Shown piece by piece: positions 33,645 to 35,033 of a DNA stretch of 35,033 nt; the stretch's first letter is position 1, and every line of letters begins with the position of its first letter. The stretch is from a virus (lineage: Duplodnaviria; Caudoviricetes): positions 1 to 35,033 of IMG/VR virus record IMGVR_UViG_3300025635_000088, one strand, 5' to 3'. Under the pieces are notes generated by a model, which had not been told where the DNA came from, did no database searches, and saw nothing but the letters and a program-made list of their open reading frames with translations. A program made the position numbers and the translations under genes.

Positions 33645-35033
33645 TGGCCAATACGAACGATAGGATGATTTATCAGATTCCGTTCTTTGATGGTGGAGTC
33701 CATACGAAGAGTTCATCTCATATCATTGGTGATAATGAATCACCTAGCGCCCTAAACGTTGATACTGAGGACAATGGCTCTGTTCGTACTCGTTATGGAT
33801 CTACAGCTCTCACTCATCAAACTTTAGGGACCGGGACATGGTATGGGCTCACTACCTTCCAACCCATGAACGCAAATTCCCAATTAGTTGGTTGGTATGG
33901 CTCAGCCATGGTCCGTTATTCCGGCGGTACATTTGTTACTATTCCCTCTAGTGAGGGGGTTTTTACTCAGGCGACAAATGTTGTTTACGATTCTTATGAT
34001 GGATACCTCTTCATGAGTGATGGGGGAACTCCTTATAAATATAACGGGACAGAATTTACGAGGCACGGGATTGAGGTTCCATCCGCCGCTCTTGTGACTA
34101 CTGCAGCTACCGCAGGCGCAAACACTGGTATTTATATGTACAAGTTTGCGTTTGTTAATTCTATGTCGGTGGGTGGAGATGTGGGCTCAGCGGTCACAAT
34201 CAATTTCGGTGCCACCTCTAGTATTGCATCGATCACTGGAATTCCTACGGCTCCTATTTCATACGGTATTAATGCGAGATATGTATATCGAACGAAGACG
34301 GGTGGATCCGTTTATTATTATCTCGCTACTATTTCAGATAACACGACTACGACTTATAAGGATGAAGCCCTTGATACGACTCTGACTGAATTAGCTCCAA
34401 CTGATCAGGGAAAGCCGCCAAATTATATTAAGATTAGAGCGCATAAAGAGAGACTATTTTTAGTCGATAGTACTGATCCTGCCACAGTTCAATATTCTGA
34501 AATAGGAAACCCGTATGTCGTTAAGGTTTTAAACTTTGAAGATATAGGACTTGGTGTTGGCAAGATTAAGATGCTTGCGGTCAGTTCCGATGGCGTCATA
34601 GTTGGTAAAAATAATAGTGAAACATGGCTATTATATTTAGCAGATAATGACCCGACTAATTGGCAGGTATTAAAATCCAATTCAGCTTACGGAAGTAACT
34701 GTGGGTTTAATATTAACTACGAAGATAAGGTATTTTTCTTGGGATGTATTGGCGACTCCCCCATGGGATTCGTTACTCTTAAGGGATTAAGTCTAGTTAA
34801 TGAACCTGTAAGAACAGATATCTCAGCTACGATTACGGATTTGTTATCATTTAGAATTGAAGATCAGATCAATGATATTGCTAGAACGTATTTGGATAAA
34901 ATTACTGGAGTTCATTTCAATAACAAGATCTATGTCACTTTTACTGATGCCAATGCAACGGCAAACAATAAAATGTTTGTTTATGATTATCAGAGAAGAA
35001 ATGAATCTAGGGATATTGGATCGTGGGTTCCTT
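33644..35033 (+). CDS. Tail hub/nozzle (tubular protein B / P22 gp10-like), 3'-truncated; missing from the ORF track
   Basis: TAATG coupling; MANTNDRMIYQIPFFDGGVHTK...DNESPSALNV...GSVRTRYG; open to the window end; beta-propeller-type motifs (HKERLFL, VQYSE). Confidence 0.85.
   Translation, partial: MANTNDRMIYQIPFFDGGVHTKSSSHIIGDNESPSALNVDTEDNGSVRTRYGSTALTHQTLGTGTWYGLTTFQPMNANSQLVGWYGSAMVRYSGGTFVTIPSSEGVFTQATNVVYDSYDGYLFMSDGGTPYKYNGTEFTRHGIEVPSAALVTTAATAGANTGIYMYKFAFVNSMSVGGDVGSAVTINFGATSSIASITGIPTAPISYGINARYVYRTKTGGSVYYYLATISDNTTTTYKDEALDTTLTELAPTDQGKPPNYIKIRAHKERLFLVDSTDPATVQYSEIGNPYVVKVLNFEDIGLGVGKIKMLAVSSDGVIVGKNNSETWLLYLADNDPTNWQVLKSNSAYGSNCGFNINYEDKVFFLGCIGDSPMGFVTLKGLSLVNEPVRTDISATITDLLSFRIEDQINDIARTYLDKITGVHFNNKIYVTFTDANATANNKMFVYDYQRRNESRDIGSWVP

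Noticed and set aside
142-34680. Antisense and nested ORFs in the track (e.g. 142-384, 317-574, 1852-2070, 6592-6867, 9239-9490, 18776-19066, 23371-23859, 24453-24890, 34146-34385)
   Set aside because: They overlap well-supported genes, lack motifs and look like shadow frames.
1-35033. Alternative genetic code, or a host chromosomal glycan locus flanking a prophage
   Set aside because: Long genes are intact in code 11 with all three stops used; the sugar genes are interleaved with and coupled to phage genes, with no host housekeeping genes or att/integrase.

Overview
The window is most of a circularly permuted dsDNA tailed-phage genome with podovirus-like (P22/T7-style) virion architecture; the host is probably Gram-negative, given the spanin-like lysis genes and lipoproteins. 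It opens inside the DNA-ejection protein genes. It then runs through a tail fibre, an SLT endolysin/holin/spanin cassette, a minus-strand early region (secreted proteins, VRR-NUC nuclease, a tRNA-like RNA), a long structured non-coding stretch, a second fibre module and a Sak-like recombinase. The second half carries an HNH, a ParB-methyltransferase, TerS/TerL, portal, scaffold, major capsid and head-tail genes, and ends inside the tail hub/nozzle gene. No integrase, repressor, polymerase, primase or helicase is recognisable. The standout is a near-complete nonulosonic acid (pseudaminic acid-like) pathway split over two cassettes: PseH-like GNAT plus NeuB/PseI synthase, and PseB dehydratase plus Gfo/Idh/MocA protein, SpsF-type cytidylyltransferase and class III aminotransferase. 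A Maf-type (flagellin nonulosonate transferase family) gene sits inside the capsid operon. Together these suggest a phage that makes a CMP-sialic-acid-like sugar and transfers it to its own virion proteins or to a host surface protein; this function is inference. All family calls come from reading motifs by eye, and no database search was run.
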